Below are positions 8,341 to 17,862 of a DNA stretch of 59,025 nt, piece after piece (within the stretch, counting starts at the first letter, position 1; every line of letters starts with the position of its first letter). Under the pieces are notes generated by a model, which ran no database searches, had not been told where the DNA came from, and was given only the letters and a program-made list of their open reading frames with translations. The position numbers and the translations under genes were made by a program. Source of the stretch: an uncultured Gammaproteobacteria bacterium (GTDB taxonomy: Bacteria > Patescibacteriota > Microgenomatia > Daviesbacterales > UBA10151); assembly GCA_964446685.1 (NCBI GenBank), contig CAYUPO010000002.1, positions 3,606 through 62,630 of the forward strand, in the 5' to 3' direction.

Positions 8341-10407
8341 TTATCTGGATGAAATTACTTTTGTAGTCGTTAATGTTTGCCACATTCCTTCTTTATTTAA
8401 CACATCATTTTGCGGAGCAATTCTGATAATTATGTTTAGAATTACAACCCCTAAACAAACTACTGGATTAAATAATCCCAGTCTAGCCAATTCTTTTAGT
8501 TTGGTTTTAGTTGGAATATGATGAGCCTTCAAACTTTCCGGCCCAAAATACTCAACAATATAATTTCGCTCATTAAGCACTCTTCTTCCATGAACTAAAT
8601 ACTCTCTAAAACTTTGAACTGGTTTAAAGTAAAAACAGGTATTTTTAGCAAATCTAAATCCATCAACTTTTTTTGCTGAAAAATAAAGATACTCTTCATC
8701 CGCAGTAATATTTACTGGATAGACTACTGTTTTAGCAAATGCTCCGTTAACCAACGTAGCTGATCCATACAAATTTGCAATATGATCACCTGAATTTAAA
8801 TCCTGACGCATTTCATTCCATAAAGCATAATTTTGATAGTAGAGTGTTTTAATAAATCCTTTAGGTTTAATTGGTATCAAATTACCACCTACCACCACAC
8901 CATTTTTCCCCATTGCCTTAACCATGATATTAATCTCCTCTTTTGTACCGAGTTTTACATCAGCATCCAAAGTAAGTAACAGCTTACTTTTATTTAACTG
9001 GTAAATTTGATTTAATCTTGATGCTTTACCCATTCTTTTCCCATCATGATGAAGTTTTATAATTGGATACTTTTTAACAAGCTTTTCCACTATTTTATTA
9101 GTACCATCAGTGCATCCATCTGTCACAATAATTATTTCTTCCAATTTATATGCAGTTTGTTTTTGATCAATCACGCCTTCGATAATATATTTAATATTAT
9201 TGGATTCGTTATAAGCTGGGATTCCAACACTAAGAGATGCAATTTTGTCAGTTTGCATTTGCTTTATTTCTTCTAATCCTTTTTTCACCATGTTAATTAC
9301 ATATTTGACCTCTTCTACTGTCATCCCAGCATGTAGAGGCAGTCTCAACAATCTTCCGGCAATACTCTCAGTTACAGGTAAATCTTCAGCTTTATATCCC
9401 ATTTTGCGTCCATATGGAGAGGAGTGAAGAGGAACATAGTGGAAAGTCGCACCTATTCCTTTCTCTTTAAGAAATTTCAGTAAAAAATTTCGATTCTCAT
9501 TATCAGATAATAAAATGTAAAAAATATGAGCGTTATGATTTGAGTATTTTGGCAAAGTTGGTAACTTAATTAATCTTTGATTTTGAAAGCTTTTTAGTAC
9601 GGTACTATATTTATTATAGATCGTCAAACGTTTTTTAATATTTTTACTTACATTCTCAAGCTGTGCATATAAAACAGCGGATAATAAATCCGAGGGAAGA
9701 ATACTGGAACCAATATCAACCCATGTATATTTATCAACTTGTCCGAGCATAAATTCAGTTCGATTAGTTCCTTTTTCGCGAATAATTTCTGCTCTACGAA
9801 TGACTTTTTCATCTTTTGTATTAATAAGTAACAGACCACCTTCACCCGATACTACATTTTTTGTTCCATGAAAACTTAAACATCCAAAATCCCCAATCGT
9901 TCCTAAGTATTTATTTTTATGCTTAGCCTCAATACATTGCGCTGCATCCTCAATAACTTTTAAGTTAAATTTTTTGGCTATTTTCATTATTCTGTCCATA
10001 TCACAAGCCACACCAGCATAATGAACGACCATGATTGCCTTCGTTTTCTTTGTGATTTTTCTTTCAATATCATCCGGATCAATATTTAATGTATCCTCTG
10101 TTACATCTACAAATACTGGTTTAACAAAATTAACCAATATTGCATTAACAGTTGAAGAAAAAGTAAACGAAGGAACCAAAATTTCATCATCTTGTTCTAA
10201 ATTAAGAAGTCTCACTGCAAACTCCAAAGCTGTTGTTGCAGAAGTTGTCATCAAAGCCCTTGCAACACCATACTTTTTTTCAAAATAATTATGAACTTTT
10301 TGAGTATATTCACCATCACCAGCAATATCCTTTTCGTTTTCAATAACATCTTGAAGATACTCCAGCTCCTTACCTGAATAGAATGGTTTTGTAAATTTAA
10401 TATTCAT
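8341..10407 (-). CDS. wecE: Fusion: dTDP-4-amino-4,6-dideoxygalactose transaminase (WecE/RffA, DegT family) + C-terminal GT2
   Basis: EDAAQ, PLP-lysine motif SFHGTKN, NAHIFY, FHYVPLH, RLLRLPL; then VGIPAYNE/DGCTD/LDAD; GGAGG Shine-Dalgarno upstream. Confidence 0.85.
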   Translation of the reverse strand: MNIKFTKPFYSGKELEYLQDVIENEKDIAGDGEYTQKVHNYFEKKYGVARALMTTSATTALEFAVRLLNLEQDDEILVPSFTFSSTVNAILVNFVKPVFVDVTEDTLNIDPDDIERKITKKTKAIMVVHYAGVACDMDRIMKIAKKFNLKVIEDAAQCIEAKHKNKYLGTIGDFGCLSFHGTKNVVSGEGGLLLINTKDEKVIRRAEIIREKGTNRTEFMLGQVDKYTWVDIGSSILPSDLLSAVLYAQLENVSKNIKKRLTIYNKYSTVLKSFQNQRLIKLPTLPKYSNHNAHIFYILLSDNENRNFLLKFLKEKGIGATFHYVPLHSSPYGRKMGYKAEDLPVTESIAGRLLRLPLHAGMTVEEVKYVINMVKKGLEEIKQMQTDKIASLSVGIPAYNESNNIKYIIEGVIDQKQTAYKLEEIIIVTDGCTDGTNKIVEKLVKKYPIIKLHHDGKRMGKASRLNQIYQLNKSKLLLTLDADVKLGTKEEINIMVKAMGKNGVVVGGNLIPIKPKGFIKTLYYQNYALWNEMRQDLNSGDHIANLYGSATLVNGAFAKTVVYPVNITADEEYLYFSAKKVDGFRFAKNTCFYFKPVQSFREYLVHGRRVLNERNYIVEYFGPESLKAHHIPTKTKLKELARLGLFNPVVCLGVVILNIIIRIAPQNDVLNKEGMWQTLTTTKVISSR

Positions 10408-11513
10408 TAGCTAATTCCTCCTTTGACATCATATAAAAAATCTTCGTAATCAGTGACTACTTTTTCCCACGTATACTTTCTAGCAATTCTTCGTAGAGAA
10501 ATACCTTTACTTATAGTTTTATTTTTATCAGCAGCTTTTAATAATAACTTGGAATATTCATTTACATCAAACATCGGAGCTTTATAAATTGAATCCTTCG
10601 GCAACCATTTCAAACTAGGAATATCAAAGGAAACAAGCAGTAAAGCTGCAGCCATTGCCTCTAATACAAAAAGAGAAAATCCCTCATGTCTTGATGGGAA
10701 AGCCACAAACAAAGCTTTCGATAACAAATCAAATTTCTTTTTTCCATAAGCTGGACCAACTATTTTAACTTTTGAATCCAAGTTTAATTCTTTAATAAGT
10801 TGGCGAATTTTTTCTTCATCTGGTCCTTTTCCAGCCAAGACTAATGGGAAATTTATTTGAGACTGAACCTTAGCATAAGAATGCAGTAACAAATCAATTC
10901 CTTTTTGCCCCATATCAAATCTTCCTAAAAATAAAATAAATTCCGGTTTATTTTTTTTAATTGCAAAATATTCATTACCAACACCTTCTGGGACAATTCT
11001 GGTTTTAATTTTTGGATTTGCTTCTTTAAATTTGGAATCAAAAATATCAGTGTAGGGTAAAGCATATTTGTAGATTTTCAAACCTACTTTTTCTACCAGA
11101 TTGAATGGAAGTTTATAAAGTTTGCTAAATCGATCAGCTTCAAAAGAAGTTGGAATAGCAACAACAGGAATCTTTGTCCACAATGGAGAAAATAGAGTCG
11201 AAATAGGAGCTGTGAAACATTCTAAAAAGACATCAGTTTTAATTGAGGGAACAACAAAAGGAAGTGAGAAAATATAAATTAAATTATTTAATCTAATATT
11301 TGGAGTTGAAATTCCAATATGTCGATAGTATAAGCCATTTTCCATCCGATCCTTATATTGTTGATACTTAGAACTAATAACCTGCACCGTGTGACCTTTT
11401 TTGGCCAAACGACTTCCAACTTCCAGAGTCGCCCTTGCTTGTCCGGCATTTAATAGCGGATTTTTGATATCATCAAAATCTAAAAAAGTAATATTTAATT
11501 TTGTGTTTTTCAT
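10407..11513 (-). CDS. Glycosyltransferase family 4
   Basis: FLGRFD..QKG, PSRHEGFSLFVLEAMA; start moved to ATG 11513 because GGAGG lies just upstream. Confidence 0.85.
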   Translation of the reverse strand: MKNTKLNITFLDFDDIKNPLLNAGQARATLEVGSRLAKKGHTVQVISSKYQQYKDRMENGLYYRHIGISTPNIRLNNLIYIFSLPFVVPSIKTDVFLECFTAPISTLFSPLWTKIPVVAIPTSFEADRFSKLYKLPFNLVEKVGLKIYKYALPYTDIFDSKFKEANPKIKTRIVPEGVGNEYFAIKKNKPEFILFLGRFDMGQKGIDLLLHSYAKVQSQINFPLVLAGKGPDEEKIRQLIKELNLDSKVKIVGPAYGKKKFDLLSKALFVAFPSRHEGFSLFVLEAMAAALLLVSFDIPSLKWLPKDSIYKAPMFDVNEYSKLLLKAADKNKTISKGISLRRIARKYTWEKVVTDYEDFLYDVKGGIS

Positions 11514-11570
11514 AATTGTATCCTCCAATACGGTATTATAGGACATAAATACCAAAAAAACTATAGGTAT

Positions 11571-14500
11571 TTATTTTACAGTACCCCAAACTACTTTCCG
11601 TATAAATTGAGTCTCTTTTTTACTTAAATTACGCTGAATAATATTTGCAAAATTATCTGCTGATATATCCCAATCAAACTTTTTAGCCCAGGACACTGAT
11701 TGTTTACTCATTTTATTACGCATTCTGGTATCTGAAATTAACAGCATCATTGTTTCAGAAAAACCATTTGTATCTCTTGGATTTACTAAGAATCCGGAAA
11801 ATTTATCAGAAACTGAATCCTTTAAACCATTTACATTAGAAGCTATCACAGGTGTTCCAACAGCATTGGCTTCTATGACTGTTATCCCCCAACCCTCTAA
11901 CATTGAAGGCTGGATAAAGACCCAATGCGATGACATTAAAATTATTTTTTCCTCATCACTAACTTTCCCAACAAACTCCACTTTTTCATTCAACTCCAAA
12001 GATGAAACCAAATTTTTAAGTGATTTGAGACTTTCACCAAATCCTGCGATTGTGAAACGAGCTTCAGGATATTTTTCACTAACCGTTTTAAAAGCCTTAA
12101 TTGCTATATCAATATTTTTGTATGTCTGTAAACGACCTAAATACAAAAAAGACGGATATGTTGTTTTATTTACTTTACTTAATTTCTTATGAGTAAATCC
12201 GGGATTAACTACCTGTATAGTATTTTCATTCCCTAATTTTATTTTAAGTATCTCTTTCTTCGATGATTCAGAAACTGTAATAACTGCCGATTTTTTATAC
12301 ACTAGCGGCATGATTACTGCCTCTAAAAACATTGCTATATAAGAGAATGGAAAAAGCAGCTGTCTTCTAAAAACTTCTTGATGAATATGATGAATTAGTA
12401 GATATTTAGGAATTCTAACAAATAGTGGAGTAAAAAACGGTAAACCGTTTTCTGAATCAATAACTACATCAAACAAACCTCTAAATCTCAAAACATAATA
12501 TACAGCCGCCCAAAAATAAACAGTGTAAAAACCTCCCCGTCTGACCATTTGAACACCGTCAATTACTTCATTTCGTGGATTTTTACTATCATTTCCGCAA
12601 AAGATTGTCACTCGGTGTCCTTGAGATACCCATCTTTTAGCTAGTTCATGAATATATACTTCAGCACCCCCAGCCCATACATGTTTTGTATCGCGCCAAT
12701 TAAAAATTAATATCCGTTGTCCATCAAAATTATCACTACTTTTAAAACTTTTTTTATAAAGAGGTTTAAATATCCCAATCAAATCAACCAGATTTTTTGA
12801 AACCAACCATAATGAGTTTCTAAAAATAAATAACACAGTCAGTAAAATTAGATTAATCGCACTTACCCCAAACATCACCATTATTACTTCTAATAAGTTT
12901 TGATGTAGAAGGCTGATTAGAACAATCTGACAAATTGAAACAATAAATCCAACGGTTACAAAAAAATAATTTTCCCTAGCTTGAAAATAAGAAACTATAG
13001 TTTGTGACATACTAAACATCAACATGGTTAGTAAATAGAATGGGAGATAACTCAATATGGCATATGCTTTATCTCCAAATAACATTGGCATCAAATAGTT
13101 GCCAAATAGTAGAAGTGGAGCAGCCGCGCAAAGAGTCATAATACAAGTCAGGGAAAATAGCCAGATAAATATTTTTTCACTATCTTTTTTGGCTCCCTGA
13201 CTATGTGCTACAAGTGGTAGCATTAATGTTCCTGTTAAAGTTCCAAAGAAAAAAACTATCTTTCCTGCCAAACTTAGAAGGGCATATTGACCAGCTTCTA
13301 CCGGATTCAAAAAATGCTTGACTAACACAATATCTAAGCCCAAAAATGCAATATTGGCTAATCCATATAAGACTGCAGAAAAATAAAATGAAGTATTAAA
13401 TTTTGCATCAGATGGTTCAACTTTAACTGAACTTTGTTTGAAAACGTAAATAAAACTAAGCAAAAGTGGCATAGCTGTAGATATTAAAATTGATAGATAA
13501 ACCAAATCATGACGACCTGACTGAATAATTATGAAGGCCAGCAGAAATTTCACTAAAGGTTCAAAAATCGCAATAATAGCTAACACTGCAAACGCCAATG
13601 TTCCTTTTAAATATCCACCATAGACAGCGCTACTTAAACTAATCAACCAAACAGGTGTAAAAAGTAAAAATAACCATATAGAATTAGTATTAAAAAAAGT
13701 CGGTAAATATGGAGTTAATAAAAGCCAGGTAACTGTTAACAAACCACCACCAATTAAAACTCTTTTCCATAAATGACTTAAATAACCCCTTGAAGCTTCC
13801 TGAGAATGTTTACCAAATAAATAGGCTACTTTTTGAGTGGTTGAGCTAGCCAGTGAATTGATCGGAATAGCTGATAAAAAAAGCAAACTACTAACTAAAG
13901 TTAAATTACCAAAATCTTCAACAGTTAAGACTCGCCCGAGATATGCATTGAAACCAAAGTTGATAAAGTTTGCAGTCGCATTTGCCAAAACAAATACAGA
14001 CCCAGCAAAAACTATCTTTTTATCTCCTATTAAATTTCGAATTTTATTTTTAAACTTTGATCCAAAATGAACATGCTCCCGTTGTTCAACACTTTCTATA
14101 GCAATTGGTGCAATATTTTCTTCAGCAATCAGATCTTTAACTTTTTCTAAATGAAGACCATGAATTGTTTTTTCCCAATAATGAGGCTTAACTATTAATT
14201 GATATAACGCCAAAAAGCCTGCCCAGGAAACTAGTAACCAATAAAATGGAACTAATAAAACATACTTTACCAGACTCCATTGTTCTCTCTTGGCCACCCC
14301 AATCATGTAATAGTACATGAAAAGAAAATTCCCAAAGACAAGTGATAAACCTGCCATATAAAAAATATAAACCGGATAAAGGGATTCAATTGCTGGACCA
14401 ACAATTGGTCTTAAAACAAAATACAAAATAGTCATCACCCATAGAAAAGGATTAATGAAAATAAAAGCAATCTTCCCACCCACAACCATCTGAAAAACTA

Positions 14501-16283
14501 AAGAATGCCAACCTTGTTTCTTTGCAGCTTCAATAGGATTTCGCATATGTACTAAATATGTCTGCATATATCCTTTTATCCATCTTGAACGCTGCCTGAT
14601 CCAATTTCTAACATTTGAATTCGCTTCTTCTAAAGTTGTTGAATCAATAATTGCTGTTTTATAGCCATGAAGGAAAAGCCTTAAACCTAAATCACAATCC
14701 TCTGTTACATTAAATGGATCCCACCCCTCCAAAGATCTTAATGTTTCAGTTTTAAAATGATTACTGGTTCCTCCTAAAGGAATTGTTGTCGCAATTGACT
14801 GTAGCCCTGTTAGAGTCACATCAAACCACAATGAATATTCCGCAGTAAAAAGTCGGGTTAATAAGTTTTGATACGGATTGTGATAATTAAGTTTCGCCTG
14901 CAAACAGATTACATTTGAATCAATCGTTTGAAATGCCGCAAACGCTTTCTTCAACTGCAGTGGATCCGGAATATCTTCAGCATCATAGATAACTAAATAC
15001 TCACCAGTTGCTTGAGTTAATCCATAATTACAAGCTTTTGGTTTTGTTTTAGGTTGTGAATCTGGAACTACTACTACTTTTACATAAGAAGGTAATTTTA
15101 AATTCTTAGCTGCAAGTTGTGTTTCTTGATCATCCTCTTCCAGTAATAACATTACCTCTAGCTTCTTTTTTGGCCAATCCATTTTTGAAATTGAATCTAA
15201 AAATATCGGCAGAACAGATGCTTCTTTATACAATGGACATAAAACAGTATAAATTGGTAAATCTTTATCTTTTATTTTTGATACTTCTGCAGTTGAAATA
15301 GTTATTTCTGGAGGGTTGTGTAAACTTTTATAAATTAGATAAAAATTAAATATAACGTCTACAAAATAAATAAATGACAGCACTGCTACCACCATTTGCA
15401 ATCCAAGTAAAAAATTCCAAATTAATATAGCAATCAAACTAACAGCCAAAAACCATAACCAAATTTTTTGATTAAAACTTAGTACTTTAATTGCAGATTT
15501 ATCTGAATGTAATGTTGTATGGGTTACATATTTTTTCTTGTTGTAGGCGACTCCAGCGTCTTTCATTTGTCTTTTTAAAGAATGGAGTGGATATACTTTT
15601 TGTGGTCTTAATTTATAAACTAGAGTTTGTGTACCGATTTCAAAGGAAGTTTTTAAGGTGTTTACTTTTGAAAGACCATTTTTTCTTGGGGCAAATTCAA
15701 TTTCAACTTCTCCAATTGAATGTCCAAGATCTGTAGCAGTGTGCAATAGAGGAACATCCAATGACCAGGCACTTATTTCTTTTTCATCAATTGCTTCAAT
15801 GATCTCTCTTTTGAATAATTTTAATCCAGATTGGACATCACAATTAAAATCAAAAAGCAGTTTACCAAATAAATATTTAAAACTATCGCTGACAAATTTT
15901 CTTAATTTTGTTCCACCGTATTTTTTCCGGCTTGCAACCACAACTCCATGCTCTCCAGCTTTTTCAAACATTTCAGGAATAGCTTCAGGTGGATACTGTA
16001 AATCCCCATCAATCATTACTAACGTATCTGCAGTAGAATAACGAACCCCTTCAATAATTGAAAAAGCTTTTCCTTTTTTACCTTGTTTTGTGTAGACCCG
16101 AACAGGGAAGTCTTTAGCCAGCTGATGGATCATATCAACGGTCGCATCAGTTGATTTATCATCAACAAAGATAATTTCATGCGTAATACCAGCTTGATTC
16201 AGCGAAGAATTAATTCTTCTGACCAAATCGTTAATATTTTCTGCTTCATTTTTTACCGGAACAATTACATCTAGGTATTTCAT
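11571..16283 (-). CDS. 1570-aa four-module fusion: DPM1-like GT2 + processive membrane GT2 synthase + Wzx/MOP-like flippase + GT4
   Basis: VDDKSTD/IDGDLQYPP; PLYKE, YDAED, TED, QRSRW, YWEKTIHG; ~12-TM block starting ANFINFGFNAYLGRVL; NWRD..AGGAE...EGWGITVIEA. Confidence 0.85.
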   Translation of the reverse strand: MKYLDVIVPVKNEAENINDLVRRINSSLNQAGITHEIIFVDDKSTDATVDMIHQLAKDFPVRVYTKQGKKGKAFSIIEGVRYSTADTLVMIDGDLQYPPEAIPEMFEKAGEHGVVVASRKKYGGTKLRKFVSDSFKYLFGKLLFDFNCDVQSGLKLFKREIIEAIDEKEISAWSLDVPLLHTATDLGHSIGEVEIEFAPRKNGLSKVNTLKTSFEIGTQTLVYKLRPQKVYPLHSLKRQMKDAGVAYNKKKYVTHTTLHSDKSAIKVLSFNQKIWLWFLAVSLIAILIWNFLLGLQMVVAVLSFIYFVDVIFNFYLIYKSLHNPPEITISTAEVSKIKDKDLPIYTVLCPLYKEASVLPIFLDSISKMDWPKKKLEVMLLLEEDDQETQLAAKNLKLPSYVKVVVVPDSQPKTKPKACNYGLTQATGEYLVIYDAEDIPDPLQLKKAFAAFQTIDSNVICLQAKLNYHNPYQNLLTRLFTAEYSLWFDVTLTGLQSIATTIPLGGTSNHFKTETLRSLEGWDPFNVTEDCDLGLRLFLHGYKTAIIDSTTLEEANSNVRNWIRQRSRWIKGYMQTYLVHMRNPIEAAKKQGWHSLVFQMVVGGKIAFIFINPFLWVMTILYFVLRPIVGPAIESLYPVYIFYMAGLSLVFGNFLFMYYYMIGVAKREQWSLVKYVLLVPFYWLLVSWAGFLALYQLIVKPHYWEKTIHGLHLEKVKDLIAEENIAPIAIESVEQREHVHFGSKFKNKIRNLIGDKKIVFAGSVFVLANATANFINFGFNAYLGRVLTVEDFGNLTLVSSLLFLSAIPINSLASSTTQKVAYLFGKHSQEASRGYLSHLWKRVLIGGGLLTVTWLLLTPYLPTFFNTNSIWLFLLFTPVWLISLSSAVYGGYLKGTLAFAVLAIIAIFEPLVKFLLAFIIIQSGRHDLVYLSILISTAMPLLLSFIYVFKQSSVKVEPSDAKFNTSFYFSAVLYGLANIAFLGLDIVLVKHFLNPVEAGQYALLSLAGKIVFFFGTLTGTLMLPLVAHSQGAKKDSEKIFIWLFSLTCIMTLCAAAPLLLFGNYLMPMLFGDKAYAILSYLPFYLLTMLMFSMSQTIVSYFQARENYFFVTVGFIVSICQIVLISLLHQNLLEVIMVMFGVSAINLILLTVLFIFRNSLWLVSKNLVDLIGIFKPLYKKSFKSSDNFDGQRILIFNWRDTKHVWAGGAEVYIHELAKRWVSQGHRVTIFCGNDSKNPRNEVIDGVQMVRRGGFYTVYFWAAVYYVLRFRGLFDVVIDSENGLPFFTPLFVRIPKYLLIHHIHQEVFRRQLLFPFSYIAMFLEAVIMPLVYKKSAVITVSESSKKEILKIKLGNENTIQVVNPGFTHKKLSKVNKTTYPSFLYLGRLQTYKNIDIAIKAFKTVSEKYPEARFTIAGFGESLKSLKNLVSSLELNEKVEFVGKVSDEEKIILMSSHWVFIQPSMLEGWGITVIEANAVGTPVIASNVNGLKDSVSDKFSGFLVNPRDTNGFSETMMLLISDTRMRNKMSKQSVSWAKKFDWDISADNFANIIQRNLSKKETQFIRKVVWGTVK

Positions 16284-16494
16284 ATATAAGTCTCATAGTA
16301 AAATACTACTAAGTATAACTTTAAATCACAAAAAAACAGCCTTTTTTATGTGCTACATAGTTATCCTTTAATATATTACTACTGAAGCCTTAATAGTATC
16401 ATAGAGGCAAAAAGAAATCTATCCCCTAAACTTATAGTATGTAAGAACAGTTTAAAGATTTAGTAAATATTTCAGACCAATAGGTTTATAGATC

Positions 16495-16523
16495 TTGACT
16501 ATCGGCCTATATTGATTTACAAT
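16495..16523 (+). promoter_or_regulatory. sigma70-type promoter for sortase substrate/sortase pair
   Basis: TTGACT-17 nt-TACAAT. Confidence 0.7.
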
Positions 16524-16550
16524 TCGCCACACAGGAAAAACTATAAGCAT

Positions 16551-17171
16551 ATGAGACACTTTTTTTTAAGTTTACTAATAACGATAACCATTTACTTAAT
16601 CTCAACGACACCTGCTTCGGCAGAATATCAATTACCAGCCTTTGATTCCTGCCATAACCCAGTAGGCACGGTCAAAGAAAACTACCTTACCGGACTTCAT
16701 GCAATAGTCGGAGTTACCGGATTACAAAGCGGTTCTGATAAAGTTTTTTCAAATAGCAACAACAATTTTACTCAGTGCTATTGCCCACCAAATGGAAATA
16801 CTGGTGTAAAAACTAACTGGCTGGCAGCACGTGTTATCAGCAAAGAAGACCAAAACGTTTTGATGACTCAAGGATGGGTTTATATCGCCAACGGAGCTGA
16901 CTGGGGACTCACCAATCAACCGTACCTGGCCAAGAATATTGAGTTTAGCTGTGGCGGTAATGGTGGTGACAATGGAGGAGGTGGAGGTACTGATAGCGGA
17001 AGTGGTGGTAGTCAGTCATCAAGCAATGGCGCCGGAGGAGGAGAGGTTTTAGGTATATCAACTTTAGCAGCTACCAGTAGTAATTTCACTAAATATCAGG
17101 TGTTACTAACTTTCATAATTGCTTTATCTCTTATTGTGTATGGCTACAAAATCCAAAAAAACTCACACTAA
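16551..17171 (+). CDS. Secreted 4-Cys protein with Gly/Ser linker and sortase-type C-terminal sorting signal (LAATS + TM + basic tail)
   Basis: Signal peptide ending ASA-E; GGNGGDNGGGG linker; GEVLGISTLAATSS followed by hydrophobic helix and KIQK; overlaps sortase gene. Confidence 0.7.
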   Translation: MRHFFLSLLITITIYLISTTPASAEYQLPAFDSCHNPVGTVKENYLTGLHAIVGVTGLQSGSDKVFSNSNNNFTQCYCPPNGNTGVKTNWLAARVISKEDQNVLMTQGWVYIANGADWGLTNQPYLAKNIEFSCGGNGGDNGGGGGTDSGSGGSQSSSNGAGGGEVLGISTLAATSSNFTKYQVLLTFIIALSLIVYGYKIQKNSH

Positions 17172-17736
17172 TCAAATCTATCCTGTCGCTCAGCTTTTTA
17201 AACCTTTATTCAATTGGCAGAAAATTTTTGGACAGACTCTGATGGGTCTGGGAGCTTTCATATTAGTTGGTACTATCTTTCTCACTCAGATGGCCTATCT
17301 GGCTCCAGATAAAGAAATGGTGGTATTGAGTAAAGAAACAACTAACACCTCCTACCCCACCTCACTTCAGTTTTTAAATAATAATTACGAAATAGAAAAA
17401 GGCACTTTCAAATATGGTTTATGGCCTCTTTCAGATTCCCAACCTGTCTATCTTGAATCATCTGGTACACCCGGGCAAATTGGAAATATTATTATCTATG
17501 GCCATAATACTGCAAAAGTTTTCGGTAATTTAGATGCCTTACAGCAGGGGAGTGAGGTCACACTTAATACAAATTCCAGTGAAATATTTATTTACAAAAT
17601 TGATTCAATAAAAAAAGTTTTCCCGCAGGATGTCGAAATTTTACAGCAGGGGAGTGAAGAGAGGATTACTCTATTTACCTGCACCGGCCTGTTTGATTCA
17701 ATGCGCTTAGTTGTCTCAGGAATCAGAATTCATTAA
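17140..17736 (+). CDS. Sortase
   Basis: TM anchor; catalytic His (YGHN), Cys (ITLFTC), Arg (MRLVV). Confidence 0.85.
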   Translation: MATKSKKTHTNQIYPVAQLFKPLFNWQKIFGQTLMGLGAFILVGTIFLTQMAYLAPDKEMVVLSKETTNTSYPTSLQFLNNNYEIEKGTFKYGLWPLSDSQPVYLESSGTPGQIGNIIIYGHNTAKVFGNLDALQQGSEVTLNTNSSEIFIYKIDSIKKVFPQDVEILQQGSEERITLFTCTGLFDSMRLVVSGIRIH

Positions 17737-17814
17737 CAAGAGGGGAGTGATAACCACTCCTCCACTACCCTATTTATTTCTAACTACTGAATAATTTTTC
17801 TTTCTTAGGATTTG

Positions 17815-17849
17815 TATATTTGATATTGGATATTTGGCATTTGATATTT
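17815..17849. repeat. Five degenerate tandem heptamers (GATATTT-like)
   Basis: TATATTT GATATTG GATATTT GGCATTT GATATTT between convergent genes. Confidence 0.7.
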
Positions 17850-17862
17850 TTCTTGCGGGGGA

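Noticed and set aside
16284-16511. RfaH ops/JUMPstart element or riboswitch ahead of the glycan operon
   Set aside because: No GGCGGTAG-like motif or convincing GC stem; only a short TAGTA-aaa-TACTA palindrome, too weak in AT-rich DNA
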